Of a stretch of DNA of 64,000 bases, positions 41,194 to 56,494 are shown piece after piece. The position numbers were made by a program, and so were the translations under genes. The DNA comes from the human T2T-CHM13v2.0 reference genome, Homo sapiens. Positions within the stretch are counted from its first letter, which is position 1, and every line of letters begins with the position of its first letter. The notes beneath the pieces are model-generated. The model saw only the letters and a list, made by a program, of their open reading frames with translations, searched no databases and was not told the DNA's origin. Location: NCBI RefSeq assembly GCF_009914755.1, contig NC_060934.1; one strand, given 5' to 3'.

Positions 41194-41699
41194 CTAGGTA
41201 ATTTTCATCATTACCAATTAATATACATGAAGCAACTCCTGAAGCATTTTCTGGGTTCTGAGATCCAGGAAGATAGAAAGTTATACAATATCTACCCACA
41301 ATCACAGAATTATATTTTCGTCAATAATGTAAAGTGTCAGCTCCTCAAATCTTTGGCTGGAGCTGTTAAGTAGAGCACATTTGACTGGTTTAATGCCATT
41401 TTTCTTCTCAGGGATGACCTCATTATATCTACCTGGAGTTGAAGGATGCAAAAGAAAAGTCTTCTTCAATCATTCAAAATTATTTTCCCATTTACTTGCT
41501 TCTGCACCTTTACTAAAAGTCCACCTTGAGACATATATTTCCTTTTCACTGCTGTGGGACTGTACTGTTAAAAAATTATTCTTCTGGAAAATATGCATTC
41601 TAAGACAACAATAATTATTTCATTTATTCTTCTTCTTCATACGAATAGAAGCAACAGTTACAAATTATTGTTTACCAATCAGCAGGGCTAAGAATTGTG

Positions 41700-41832
41700 T
41701 ATTATCCCATGAAAGCTTTCAAACAATATTGAAATAAAGATATGTCTATAATCTTCATTTTACTGGTGAAGAAACTGAAACTTAGAGAAAGGCTCTATAA
41801 GTTGGTTTCCTAGGAAGTGGTAGAGCCAACCC
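41700..41832 (-). mobile_element. MIR fragment
   Basis: CATTTTACTGGTGAAGAAACTGAAACTTAGAGA..TAGGAAGTGGTAGAGCC. Confidence 0.6.
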
Positions 41833-41884
41833 ACTGGGCTTTTGTAATTTTTAATTTTTATTTTTTTTACTTTCCTAATTTATT

Positions 41885-44432
41885 TCTTTTTAAAAATGGC
41901 TTGATTGGGGTACGATTGGCATGCAATCATAAAATTAAACCTGTCCAAGTTTAGTGTCTGCACTCGATGAGTTTGAGGATAAGTATCCACCAGTGAAACC
42001 AGCACCATCATCAGGGTGGTAAACACATCCCTCACCTCCAAGGGTTTTCTTCCACCCCGTTATTATTATTGTTAAGTTGTTGTTGTTTGTTGTTTTATGA
42101 AGCGTTCACATAAGATCCACTGTCTTAGCAATTTTAAGTACACAATACAGTCTTGTTAGCTATGGGTGCTATGCTGTAGAGTAGAGCTCATACCGCATCC
42201 ACCTGGCATAACTGAAACTTTGTTCCCTTTGACCATCAATGCCCTGTTCCTCCCTTCTCCCAGCCCCTGGTAATCACCACTCTCCTTTCTGCTTCTATGA
42301 ATTTAACTATTTTAGGTTCCATATATAAATGAAGTCATGTGGTATTTTTCTGTGCTTGGATTATTTCACTTAGCATAATGTCCTCCAGGTTCATCCATGT
42401 TGTTGCAAATGACAACATTTCCTTCTTTTTAAAGGCTGAATAATATTCCCTTGTACAAATATGCCCCATTTTCTTTATCCATTCATCCACCAATGAGCAT
42501 TGAGGCTGTTTCCACGTCGTGGCTGTAGTGAATAACTTTGCAACAAACACAGGGTTCAGAGATCTCTTAGAGATACTAATTTTATTTCCTTTGGATATAT
42601 ACCCCAAAGTGCAATTGCTGGACAATTTGATGTTTCTATGCTTACTTTTTTTTGAGAAACCTCCGACTGTTTTCTACAATGGCTGTACCAGTATTTCCAC
42701 TAGCAATGTACACAGGTTTCTTTTTCTCTACATCTTCAGTAACTAACACTTCTTATCTTTTTTTTTTTCTGAATAATAGCCATTCTCACAGGTGTGAGGT
42801 GATATCTCGTTGTGCTTTTGATTTACTGATAATTAGTGATGTTGAGCACTTTTTCATGAACCTGTTTATCTTTTGTGTGTCTTCCTTGGAGAAATGCCTA
42901 TTCAGGTCTTTTATCCCTTTTATAATCAGGTTATTTGATTTTTTTTTTTTGCTATTTGTATAAATTATTTGTATATTTTGGATGCTAATCCCTTATCAGA
43001 TATATGACTTGCACACTTTTTTTTCATTCTCTAGGTTGCCTTTCTATTTTGTAGATTGTTTCTTCTACTGTGCAGAGCTTTATAGTTAGGTATATTTTGC
43101 TTGTTTATTTTGACATTTGTTGTCTGTGCTTTTGGTGTCATATCCAGAAAAACACTGCCAAGACCAATCAATGACAACAAACTTTTCCCCGATGTTTTCT
43201 TCTGGGAGTCTTACACTTTCAGGTCTTATGATTAAATCTTAAGTCCATTTAGAGTTGATTTTTCTATATGGTACAAGGATCCAATTTCACTCTTCCATAT
43301 GTGGATATTCAGTTCTCCCTGCACCATTTATTGAAGAGTCTATCATTTCCTCATTGTGTATTCTTGGCACCCTATCAAAAATTAATTGACTGTATATATG
43401 TATACATTTATTTCTGGGCTCTCTATTCTATTTCATTGGTTTGTGGGTCTGTTTTTTTTATGCCAGTACCATCCTGTCTTCATTATCATAGCACGTAATG
43501 AAATTTGAAATCAAGAGGTAGAGTGCCTCTATCTTTGTTCTTTTTGCTCAACATTGCTTTGGCTATTAGAATTCTTTGTGATTGCTTATGAATTTTAGGA
43601 TTCCTTTTTCTATTTCTTTGAAAAAAAAGCCTCTGAAATTTTGATAGGAATTGTGTTGAATCTGTAGATCCTTTTGAGTGGTGTGGACATTAAACAATAT
43701 TAATTTTTCTAATCCATGAACATGAAATACTTTTCCATTTATTTTTATCTAATTTTTCTCATCATAGTTGTTTAGCTTTCAGTATATAGAGCTTTTACCA
43801 CCTCAGTTAAGTTTATACCTAAGTATTTTATTCTTTATGATGCTATTACAACAGGATTGTTTTCTTAATTTCTATTTTGGGTGGTTCATTTTTAATGTAG
43901 AGAATGCTACTGGTTTTTGTATGTTGATTTTCTATCTTGCAACTTTGCTAACTTCATTCAACAGTTCTAACAGATTTTTGGTGGAGTCTTCTGGGTTTTC
44001 TGTATATAAGATCATGCTATCTGCACACAAAGACAATTTTACTTCTTCCTCTCTAATGTGAATGCCTTTTACTTTTTTTTCTCACCTAATTGCTCTGTCT
44101 AGGACTCCAGCACTATGTTGAATAGAAGTGGAGAACGTGGGAATCCCTGTCTTGCTCCTGATCTTAGAGAAAAAGCTTTCAGCTTTTTACCTTCGAGTAT
44201 GATGCTATCTGTGGGCTTGCCATGTATGGCTTGTTTGATGTTGAGGTATGTTCCTTCAATACCTAATGTGTTGACAGTTTTCATCATGAGACGATGTTGA
44301 ATGTTACCAAATGCCTTTTCTGAATCTATTGAAATGATTGTGTAATTTTTATCCTTCATTCTCTTCATGTGGTATATTGCATTTATTGATTCATCTATGA
44401 TGAACTATCCTTGCCTCTCAGGGATAATTCCC
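41885..44432 (-). mobile_element. L1MA/MB LINE-1, 5'-truncated (~2.5 kb), decayed ORF2
   Basis: ORF 44099-44368(-) encodes [24 protein letters not shown] (L1 reverse transcriptase motifs); ORF 42335-42625(-) encodes EWIKKM..FATTWMNLEDIMLSEI (ORF2 C-terminus); stops and frameshifts between. Confidence 0.95.
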
Positions 44433-47400
44433 AAATTTACCCAGCTGGGCTTCTTAAACATTCTGTCTCTATACTTCTATTCACCTACACTTCTTCTTCT
44501 TTTCCTTTCTTCTCTCCCCTCTTTCTTCCTTTTCTCCCTCCCTCCCTTCCTTTCTTCCTTTTATTCAACTTACATTTACTAACCTTCTATCAAAAGCTAG
44601 GCTTTATCAAAAATTCAAAGTTAATCCCAAACTTAGGATGAATTACTTTAACTTCCGTCCTAGTATGCCATCTAATATTAGCAACACAGGCTAAAAAGAT
44701 GACAGGACTACAGGAATGGAGAAGGGAGAGAGCAGTGCCACGTGAAGTCACCTTGGGAAGAACGGGCCCACCTAGAGTGTGAACTCAGAGCAGAGGCCTA
44801 GAATGAGGGTGCTTTGAGCACTTGATTCCTAGAAACATAAATATGTCATGAGATGAAGTGTGCAGAATCACAGTACTTTCCAAACCTCACCGAGGATAAG
44901 TCCCGCTTCTCTTTTCTCCCCTCTTCAAGTTATGTTTTCCTTCAGTTTATCCTTGTTTCTCTCTTTCCTCATTTGAGATGGACAAAACTCAATGAATCAT
45001 CTTTTTCTAAGTATGTTAGTAGAATATAGTTTCAAAAACAGAATTAAAATAACACCGTTTAACACAGGCTAGAATAGGGACTAGACATGGACGTTCTCAG
45101 GTTCTTCGTGGTGTGCCACTAGCCATTATGTGGCCCCATGTAAGTCATTAAGATTCAGGTAGTTCAAGGTTGATTGTGCTTAATTTATTCAATTGCGAAG
45201 ACCACATAGTGGTGTGGCTAATTATTGTTTAGAAGGTGCTGAAGCTTCTCAGATGAAAGCCACCATGGAGGAGCAAGAGGTCATTACAGTAATCACTGCT
45301 GCAAAGTGAATTCATTTCCATAGAAGGTCACTTATGAGTTGAGTCACATTGTAGAGAAAGAGCTTAATCTTACAAGGTTGAATGGAGGGCATGGTCACAT
45401 ACCCTAACTACCCATGATCGGCAGGAATGAAGAGTGGTGGGCAGGTTGCAGCAGGATCTCAGAACTTCTCTTCCTCCCTGCACCTCCCTGTAAAGCTCCA
45501 CTGGGCCTGAAGAACCTGTCCATCTATCTTGATAAAGCCTTCAGCTTGAAGGCACCTGCAGTCTGGCCAAGGGTGCCACACAGCATTGTGTAGGACACCC
45601 TTTGAATACTTGTGGGTCATTGCTAAGCCGATTCCTCCTCCCTCCTCCTCTTTCCTCTAAATACCATGTTCTGGTTCTGCCTGTTTCTAGGTGGTCATTT
45701 CTAGGTCAGAACTATCCTATGCCCAAACAGAAGAGGGCTTGTCTGGGTTCTCAGCAAAGATGCCAGCACTTACAGAGCTTTACTAGGCAAAGCGTGATAG
45801 ATGATAGATTCTGTGTTTCACCCACACTGCTTTGTTTTCACTGCTGTTTTGCAATGGGTTGTAAACATAACAGAGTCACTGCCAGTGCTAATGATCTGTG
45901 ATTTTCTAGCAAGGAGGTCAATTGCACCGGGCACCTACCCACACTGCCTACTACCCTTAAAGCAGCAGATCCCATTTATTTTGGGAATGTGAACATCTTA
46001 CAAACTCACACATTCCACATTGTTCTTCCCTGCCTCCCATGCCTTCATATAAATACAGCATCCCAAGGGAAAGAAAAACTGCCTTTTCATGAATCAGAGA
46101 GGATGCTTAACGTATTTGACTTAAAAAAAGTACTTTTAAAGACGTCAAATCCCAAAGTAAGCAGCTTTTACTTCAAAAATAAGCCCACTTCGATGGGAGA
46201 TCAAAGGGATGGAACTTTCCAAGTTGCAGTTGAATTTAACATTCCAAGAGTCAGGAGGGCAGATTAAAATAGGATTTTGCTTGCAATAACATTTGCGGTC
46301 TGTTCAGCATTGTTGAGTGCTTAATCTAGCCAGGAAGTCTGATTTACAGGGAGCTACAGCAGGCCTTCAGCCCCCGGAATTCATCCCAAAAGCAACATGA
46401 CTTTCGTTTTGAGGAAAGGCTTTGACACAGGGACTACTGCTTTCTCCCAGTAGGGGTTACCAGCCTATTTCAAATCAGGGCCTTTCTTTTCTATAGCAGC
46501 AATTGTAAGACAATGAAAACATCCTGTTTCAGAAAAGAATTTGCAAAGAAGTACAACAGGATATTCTCAAACCTGGTGCAAAGTGAATCATCTTATCAAA
46601 CACAAACTACCTGAGCTATATATTGGTACTGTTTAATTGACAACTCTAAGGTAGGTCTTTGTTTTATTATTATTGTTACATTACTATCATTATTATTATT
46701 AATTTGCCATCTTCCTCTCCAAAAAGAACTGTGAATTCTTAAGAATACAGGAAAAGAAGGGACCTCAGGGCTATTATCCCCAAGGCCTTCTGTGGGGCAG
46801 GACGATTGAGGCTGGAAGGGGCTGATTTCATCCTCTTCTGAAAGCACTGCAAAAGTGAATTCTAGGGCTTCCTTCCAGAGAAGCCTTCAGAATGACTCAG
46901 GAGTCTTTTCATCTCTTCACCGAATTTCTCTTTCCTCACTGTAATTCAATTTAATTTTAGAAAATTAGAGTATAGAGTACTGGCTGCAAACACAAAAACA
47001 TACAAATGCTACTTCAAAGAGCTTTTACTCTAGGAAGGAGGGCACGCATCTTCTAGTAAGCTCTGATGTTTTTCTCTGACCTCAGTGAAAATACAACGCT
47101 TTTTATTTCCAGTCATAGGTTTGGAATGTACTATCACACAGGGACATGCCGCTCAGCCTTTTCTAACCCCCATCGTAACATGCTAAAGAGAAACTGATGA
47201 AATCGTTTGCTCAAGGACATGTCTTTTAGCAGATGGGGCCAGAGTTAAACCTTGGTAATGGCTGATTCTAAAATCTAAGATATGATTTCTCATGTGCAAA
47301 TTCTAAAATCAGGAAAAGTCTGAAAACAAAGTCATATTTGTAGAACTGACACCAAAATACATATGGCAGCAAAAAGTGAGCAGATTTATACAATATTGAT

Positions 47401-47848
47401 GACAAGCTTTCTAAGTCCTTTATTCTGAATATGTATACAATTAGTACAGAAGTATTAACGTATTTTACAAATAGATGACTGCTCTAGCCCTGCTTAGGGT
47501 CCTGTGGAAAAATATGGTGAATATACCATATTTTGAAGATTGAAAAAGAAAAGAAGAACTCTGAAGCCTGTATCTCCTCAAGGGTTTTTCTTGGGGACAG
47601 TGGACCATGATGTAATTCCTCCCAAGGAAAGTGTAGAGAGCAATAACTCTTGCCGTAGAATACAATATTTTGTAAAACATGCATCAAAATATCAGAACTG
47701 AATGTAACCTTTAAGTGAATGTAATTTAACTTCCTCCTCAATTAAAAACCTTCTTTCTGCTGCTGACAGCTGTCCATTCAGCTAACCTGATGTTCTCTAT
47801 TACTGGTGGCCTATTTATTGCTGCTCAGTCAGGGTTAATAGAAAATTC

Positions 47849-48623
<775 letters not shown>

Positions 48624-49911
48624 ACAGTGGTTGCTTTAAAATTTAATTATTCACTTAAAACATTTCAAAGTGACTTGAGATCTTTCATTCAAAGTTTACA
48701 CCCATAAATATTTGATGCCATTGGATGGATGCTTTTAGCTTTCTGTAGCTGTGATTTTTACCCCCTAATTTTGTAGATGAAGCTTTTAAAACACTCCACT
48801 CATTTGAAATAAAAATAACAAAGGAAAGGCTGAACAAATTCAAGTGTCTTTCCTCTTTTCTGTCTCCTTGCAGGAAAAAATCATATTTCTTGGGCAGAGT
48901 GTATATACTGTATCTTTTTCAATGACTGGTTTGAGAATGGAGTTTATGATTCAGGGACCTCAGAAAGGCCGTTGTCTAGGGATAAATTAGATCTAGCTGC
49001 AAGTCTGAAGGTGTATGTTTCCAAAATAGTCTTAGGATAAATTAAGCCATTTACTTCTGAGCTGGACTTTTTTTTAATTTAAAAAAATGGATTTTAGGAA
49101 ACCAAGAAAGCAACATTAACAAAGACCCTGTGAAGCCTGAGAATCTCATTTCCTGATTTCACGGTGTCTTCTAAGTGGCTGCTGGTGGCTAAGGCAGGCC
49201 TCATGTTGGCAAATGTTTCTTTCCGTCATACGTGGGTCTTTGGAGACCTGGAGATGGTGCAAAGTCGAATGGATGGCATCCATCCTGTTACTGGGAAATG
49301 CGGTCCGGTGGGGTGGGGAAGGTTCCACACACCCACATTCCCCAGGTCACCAGTTACTCTGAGATTTGAAAGCCCTAACAGGGAAAGGACAAGTCCCTGT
49401 TCACCGTGCCCCTTGGCAATTGGCTACACATGCATTTGTGTTATCTTTGAGCCCGATCCTCACCACCCCAACCTCACACGGAGACTCCATGACTCTAGAC
49501 AGAAAGTATGCATTTTCCCATAGGCAAAATTTCCTGCACCAGCAAACTCAAGGTTTTCCCCTGACGTGATTTAGCCTTCCGGCCGCAGTTCCTGCTCTTC
49601 CTTCCCCTCACCCTTTCCTGCCTGTGGGGCCCGCTCAAGCTATGCAGAGCAGCTGTGCTGAGTACCACGTTGCTTTATGGTAAATTTCAAAGCCTCAGGG
49701 TACAAATTATTTATTGGTAGTTAATTTCCAATTAGTTTTATTAAATTACAGCTGATGACCTCCTTCTACCTGGATTAATTTAACAAAATGCTCATGTTTT
49801 TCAAATTATCTTCTCATTTCCACTCTAGATGAGAAATGTAATTTTCAGCTTTGGTTGAAGAAACTTGCATCATATCCTGTCTGCTTTAAGCATTTCGGCA
49901 GGTTCAGAATC

Positions 49912-49995
49912 CACACACACACACACACACAGGCACACACATGCATGCACACACACACACATGCACACACAGGTAAACATATACACATGCACACA
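49912..49995. repeat. Degenerate (CA)n microsatellite
   Basis: CA runs with CATG interruptions. Confidence 0.9.
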
Positions 49996-50166
49996 TGGTT
50001 CTACACACTTTTGTTTTGAATGGCCTGGTCAGCTGTGCACTTAGTCTTCCTTCTCTTTTGTCACTAACCATGCTGTGCATTACTGGGCTGAACCCACCAG
50101 CCTTACACGTTGTTGGTTCTTGATTTGTGAGAGTGAATCACATAGCTTCACTATGTCTCCAGCTTT

Positions 50167-52842
50167 CACACACTGGGATACTCATGCATCCACACTGGGG
50201 TACACATGCATTCAAACACTGGGATCACACACTGGGGTACTCACGCTCTCACACACTGAGATACGCACGCATCCATGCTGGGGTACTCATGCTCTCACAC
50301 ACTGAGATACGCACGCATTCCCGCTGGGGTACCCACGCTCTCACACACTGAGTTATGCACGCATTCCCGCTGGGGTACTCACACTCTCACACACTGAGAT
50401 ACGCATGCATTCCCACTGGGGTACTGACACTCTCACACACTGAGATACGCACGCATCCATGCTGGGGTACTCACGCTGTCACACACTGAGATACGCATGC
50501 ATTCCCACTGGGGTACTGACACTCTCACACACTGAGATACGCACGCATTCATGCTGGGGTACTCACGCTGTCACACACTGAGATACGCATGCATTCCCGC
50601 TGGGCTATTCACACTCTCACACACTGAGATATGCACGCATTCATGCTGGGGTACTCACGCTCTCACACACTGAGATACGCACGCATTCCCGCTGGGGTCC
50701 TCACGCTCTCACACACTGAGATATGCACGCATTCATGCTGGGGTACCCACACTGTCACACATTGAGATATGCACGCATTCCTGCTGGGGTACCCACACTC
50801 TCACACACTGAGATACGCACCCATTCCCTCTGGGGTACTCACGCTCTCACACACTGAGATACGCACGCATTCCCACTGGGGTACTCACGCTCTCACACAG
50901 TGAGATACGCACGCATTCATGCTGGGGTACTGACGCTCTCACACACTGAGTTATGCACGCATTCCCGCTGGGGTACTCACGCTCTCACACACTGAGATAT
51001 GCACACATTCATGCTGGGGTACCCACGCTGTCACACACTGAGATACGCATGCATTCATGCTGGGGTACTCACGCTCTCACACACTGAGATACGCACGCAT
51101 TCATGCTGGGGTACCCACGCTCTCACACACTGAGATACGCACGCATTCATGCTGGGGTACTCACGCTCTCACACAGTAAGATATGCACGCATTCCCGCTG
51201 GGGTACTCATGCTCTCACACACTGAGATACGCACGCATTCATGCTGGGGTACCAACGCTCTCACACACTGAGATACGCACGCATTCCCGCTGGGGTACTC
51301 ATGCTCTCACACACTGAGATATGCACGCATACATGCTGGGGTACTCACGCTCTCACACACTGAGATACGCACGCATTCCCGCTGGGGTACTGATGCTCTC
51401 ACACACTGAGATATGCACGCATTCATGCTGGGGTACCCACGCTCTCACACACTGAGATACGCACGCATTCCCGCTGGGATACTGACGCTCTCACACACTG
51501 AGATACGCACGCATTCATGCTGGGGTACCCACGCTCTCACACACTGAGATACGCATGCATTCCCGCTGGGGTACGCACGCTCTCACAAACTGAGATACGC
51601 ACACATTCCCGCTGGGGTACTGACGCTCTCACACACTGAGATACGCACGCGTTCATGCTGGGGTACCCACGCTCTCACACACTGAGATATGCATGCATTC
51701 ATGCTGGGGTACCCACGCTCTCACACACTGAGATACGCCCACATTCATGCTGGGATACTGACGCTCCCACACACTGTTATGCACGCATTCCCGCTGGGGT
51801 ACTCACGCTCTCACACACTGAGATATGCACGCATTCATGCTAGGGTACCCACGCTGTCACACACTGAGATCTGCACGCATTCATGCTGGGGTACCGACGC
51901 TCTCACACACTGAGATATGCACACATTCATGCTGGGGTACCCACGCTGTCACACACTGAGATCTGCACACATTCATGCTGGGGTACCCACGCTCTCACAC
52001 ACTGAGATATGCACGCATTCATGCTGGGGTACCCACGCTGTCACACATTGAGATATGCACGCATTCATGCTGGGGTACCCACGCTCTCACACACTGAGGT
52101 ACGCACGCATTCCCTCTGGGGTACTCACGCTCTCACACACTGAGATACGCACGCATTCCCATTGGGGTACTCACGATCTCACACAGTGAGATACGCACGC
52201 ATTCATGCTGGGGTACTGACGCTCTCACACACTGAGATACGCACGCTTTCCCGCTGGGGTACTCACACTCTCACACACTGAGATATGCACACATTCCCGC
52301 TGGGGTACTCATGCTCTCAAACACTGAGATATGCACGCATTCATACTGGGGTACCCATGCTCTCACACACTGAGATACGCACGCATTCCCGCTGGGGTAC
52401 CCACGCTCTCACACACTGAGATATGCACACATTCCCGCTGGGGTACTCATGCTCTCAAACACTGAGATACGCACGCATTCATGCTGGGGTACCCACGCTC
52501 TCACACACTGAGATACGCACGCATTCATGCTGGGGTACTCATGGTCTCGCACACTGAAATACACACGCATTCCCGCTGGGGTACTCATGCTCTCGCACAC
52601 TAAGATATGCACGCATTCCCGCTGGGGTACTCACGCTATCACACACTGAGATATGCACGCATTCATTCTGGGGTACTCACGCTCTCACACACTGAGATAC
52701 GCACGCATTCATGCTGGGGTACTCATGCTCTCGCCCACTGAAATACACACGCATTACCGCTGGGGTACTCATGCTCTCGCATACTGAGATATGCATGCAT
52801 CCACACTTCAATACTCATGCGCTCACAAACTGGGATAGTCAT
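50167..52842. repeat. 46-bp minisatellite (VNTR), about 58 copies
   Basis: Unit CACACACTGAGATACGCACGCATTC(AT/CC)GCTGGGGTAC(T/C)CACGCTCT; period 46 (ACACACTGAG at 50251 and 50297). Confidence 0.98.
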
Positions 52843-53064
52843 GATCTTTTCTGGCTGAACCGGCACCCATCTGGACAGGGTTACCTGCACCCATCTGGGG
52901 GTTGACAGCCCTTCCTGTGGCTTTCTCTGCTCCATCCTGCACTCCTGTGGACATTTGGCTTCCAGCTGGCCTGCATGCTGAGGAAACTGTCCTCCCTTGA
53001 CCTAACTTCCAGACAGAACCACCTCTACTATTCCCATCTGATTTATGTCAAAATTCACACTTGT

Positions 53065-53656
<592 letters not shown>

Positions 53657-53800
53657 GTTCATGTCCATGCCAACTTGTTTGTTACTCTTCCCTCTATAGA
53701 AATGCTCAAAGAATGCCCTGAATGAGGACCTTGCGGCCTGTACATAGACCAGAAACATCCCCAGAGACCAAATAGCTCCTTCTCTTAGCACTTGATCATA

Positions 53801-53937
53801 TTTTCTTTTCTTTTCTTTTTTGTAGACATGGGGATCTCACTATGTGGCCTAGACTGGTCTCAAACTCCTGGGCTCAGCGATCCTCCCACCTCAGCCTCCC
53901 AAAGTGCTGGGATTGGTGTGAGTCACTGTGCCCAGCC
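53801..53937 (-). mobile_element. FLAM_C / AluJ left monomer
   Basis: Antisense monomer CTCCTGGGCTCAGCGATCCTCCCACCTCAGCCTCCCAAAGTGCTGGGATT with (TTTTC)n tail. Confidence 0.88.
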
Positions 53938-55592
53938 CACACATGGTAATTTTTAATGGACGAATAGGAGGGATCTATTACAGAGAAATCAAATGGCGAC
54001 GTGTTTAAATTCCCGACACATGAAAAATGGGAAAAGATTTTCCTATGCTCTTGTCATTTCTTCTGGCGTCTTATCAGATGATGCATCCTCACTTTCCTAG
54101 AGCTGTCTCCTCCTCTTCCCTGCCCTGATCCCAGCTTGACCCAGGAGTCAGAAACACTTGGATGTGTACCTCATTTCTGACATTCAAAAATCCTTCGGTT
54201 TCCCAGTTGCCCTTCATCACATGGGGTGATTGTAGTATTTATTTCACAGAGGTGTTGAGTATCTTCTACTTCATGGTGATAGACTATCTGATCAAGTGGA
54301 GATACTGCATTAGGTTTCATAAAAATTAGGCAGGAGACTTAGAAAACTTCAACAATGCTCTTCCGGTTCTAATTTCCCATTCTATTGGACATTGATAGAA
54401 ATCTGTTGTAGCACATACTCATTATTTCCGGAGAGAATAAAGAAATGTTCACTGAAAGGGAGGTATATGATGACGTCTTGGTTATTCACAGGTAATAGCT
54501 TCAGATTCACAAACACTCAGGCCCTGGCTCTGCTTACTTAGCTGATGATAAGTTAACTGTTGTTGTATCCAGTGATTACATAAACTGGAAAGGGCCCTAT
54601 TATGATCAAATATACCCAGAGACATGAGTTGAATGTGATTTTAATATTCTGGCATAATATTACATTTCTGAATTTGAAAGTACCGTGCATGATTACACCA
54701 CTTCACTTTTATTGAAGAAGGATAATTTGCTTCAGATTAAAGTCCAAACAATGAAATTGCTTATGGAAAAATGACCTTTCTCGTCTTTACATGTACCAAG
54801 TAGATTCTCAGGGAAGCCAGCCCAGCAGGGATTCCATTTAACTAACTGAATCCTCAAGACACGCAGAAACCATTATTTACTTTTATTACTCTAAACCAAC
54901 TGATTTCATCACTAGAAGCCCATGAGTTTTCATAAAGTCACCTTGTTGAGATACTCTTTGTTGTACCCAAAATGGCAACATTAGCTTTTTGATTTTTTTC
55001 AACTCTAAGGTTATATATTTTCACCTTAAAAATTCATAGCAAGATCCTTGTTGTGATGTAATCTCATCAACATCTGATACAATCAGGATGTAGAACCTGG
55101 TTTAAAATCTTGTTCCCACACCTCAGAGAAGGCTGAACATTCATGGTGTGTGATGATATATTTTGGTTTGTTATTTGCTTCTTTCTGGAGTGAGGGGGTC
55201 TTATGTATTTTTATATATTCTTAAATATGCCTATTAAGATGCATCATGGTTAGGACAGTGTCATTAACTTCTAAAGAATCATCTGGACTAATATGTATAG
55301 CTAATACACATAAACAGTATAATAAAGGAATATAAAGATGAAAATAATAGAATTTGTCTAAATGAGTATTCTACAATTAGCTGCCTCCAAAGCAAGAATA
55401 TATAGCAAGAAACATGCTTGCAACATCTTTTGCTTCTATGAGCTTATGGATCTAGGGTCTTAAACAAGACTTGAGGCATCGGTACCTTTATTCTACAGAT
55501 GGTGCATGACAAGTCTGGCTCTAGGTGAAGATGAAAGCACATACCTCCTCTGTTTTTTTTTTAATTATATGACATTAATTCTTGTCAAGATC

Positions 55593-56075
55593 TGTGAAGG
55601 AGCTGAGACTTTGCCCCACTTGTACACTAACTTGGTTAGCCTGATGCCATTTCATGGTTTCTGGTAGAGGATGTGAGGTTCCCAGGTTGCAGGTAAAGGA
55701 CAATTTATTATCACAGCAATTACAGTTGTCTAGATATCATTTCTATTATGCTGGTTCCCAAAACTCAGTTCCCACAAGGCAGCACAAAGAGCCAAGTGAT
55801 ACTTGCATACACACTGGGCTACATCACAAGGGTGGAAACCAAAGATGATGGGTCCCAGATCTTTTATGGCATGATCCTCTAGGGGGAGGCAGGATCCATA
55901 TTCCCAGGCTGCAAGTGGATTGGTCCTTTTCTCTGAAGGAGACATGATCATTGTCACCCAAGTTGTTCACTCTACAAACTTCCTTGAGAAGATTGTCCAA
56001 AGCAAAGGTAACCTGTGCCTCTGCTCACAGGACAGGCAGAAACCCAAGAGACCCATGGACAATGGGCTCCACTGT
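55593..56075 (-). mobile_element. ERVL-class solo LTR (MER74/MER73/MER54-like)
   Basis: TGTGAAGGAGCTGAGACTTTGCCCCACTTG..GTTAGCCTG..TTTCATGG at one end; the other end (best preserved in the adjacent VNTR units) reads TGTTGGGAGACCATTGTTCATGGGTCTC on the - strand. Confidence 0.65.
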
Positions 56076-56494
56076 ACCACATCACAACCTGTAGGTACAA
56101 TAGGAAACCCAAGAGGCCCATGAACAATGGTCTCCCAACACTGTACCACATCACAACCTGTAGGTACAATAGGAAACCCAAGAGGCCCATGAACAATGGT
56201 CTCCCAACACTGTACCACATCGTAACTTATAGCTACAATAAGAAACCCAAGAGACCCATGAACAATGGTCTCACAACACCATATCACATCACAACTTGTA
56301 GGTACAATAAGAAACCCAAGAGACCACGAACAATGGTCTCCCAACACCGTAGCACATCGCAACTTGTAGGTACAATAAGAAACCCAGGAGACACCATACC
56401 ACATCACAACCTGTAGGTACAATAGGAAACCCAAGAGACCCATGAACAATGGTCTCCCAACACCGTACCACATCACAATATGTAGCTACAATAA
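56040..56494. repeat. 69-bp minisatellite, about 7 copies
   Basis: AAACCCA at 56040, 56105, 56174, 56243, 56312, 56380, 56427 (one internally deleted unit); 23-aa periodicity in ORFs. Confidence 0.96.

Noticed and set aside
42335-44368. Reverse transcriptase-like ORFs as a novel retroelement system
   Set aside because: Ordinary decayed, 5'-truncated L1 ORF2
50167-52842. Possible CRISPR array or coding repeat
   Set aside because: Head-to-tail units without unique spacers, recurrent stops, primate context
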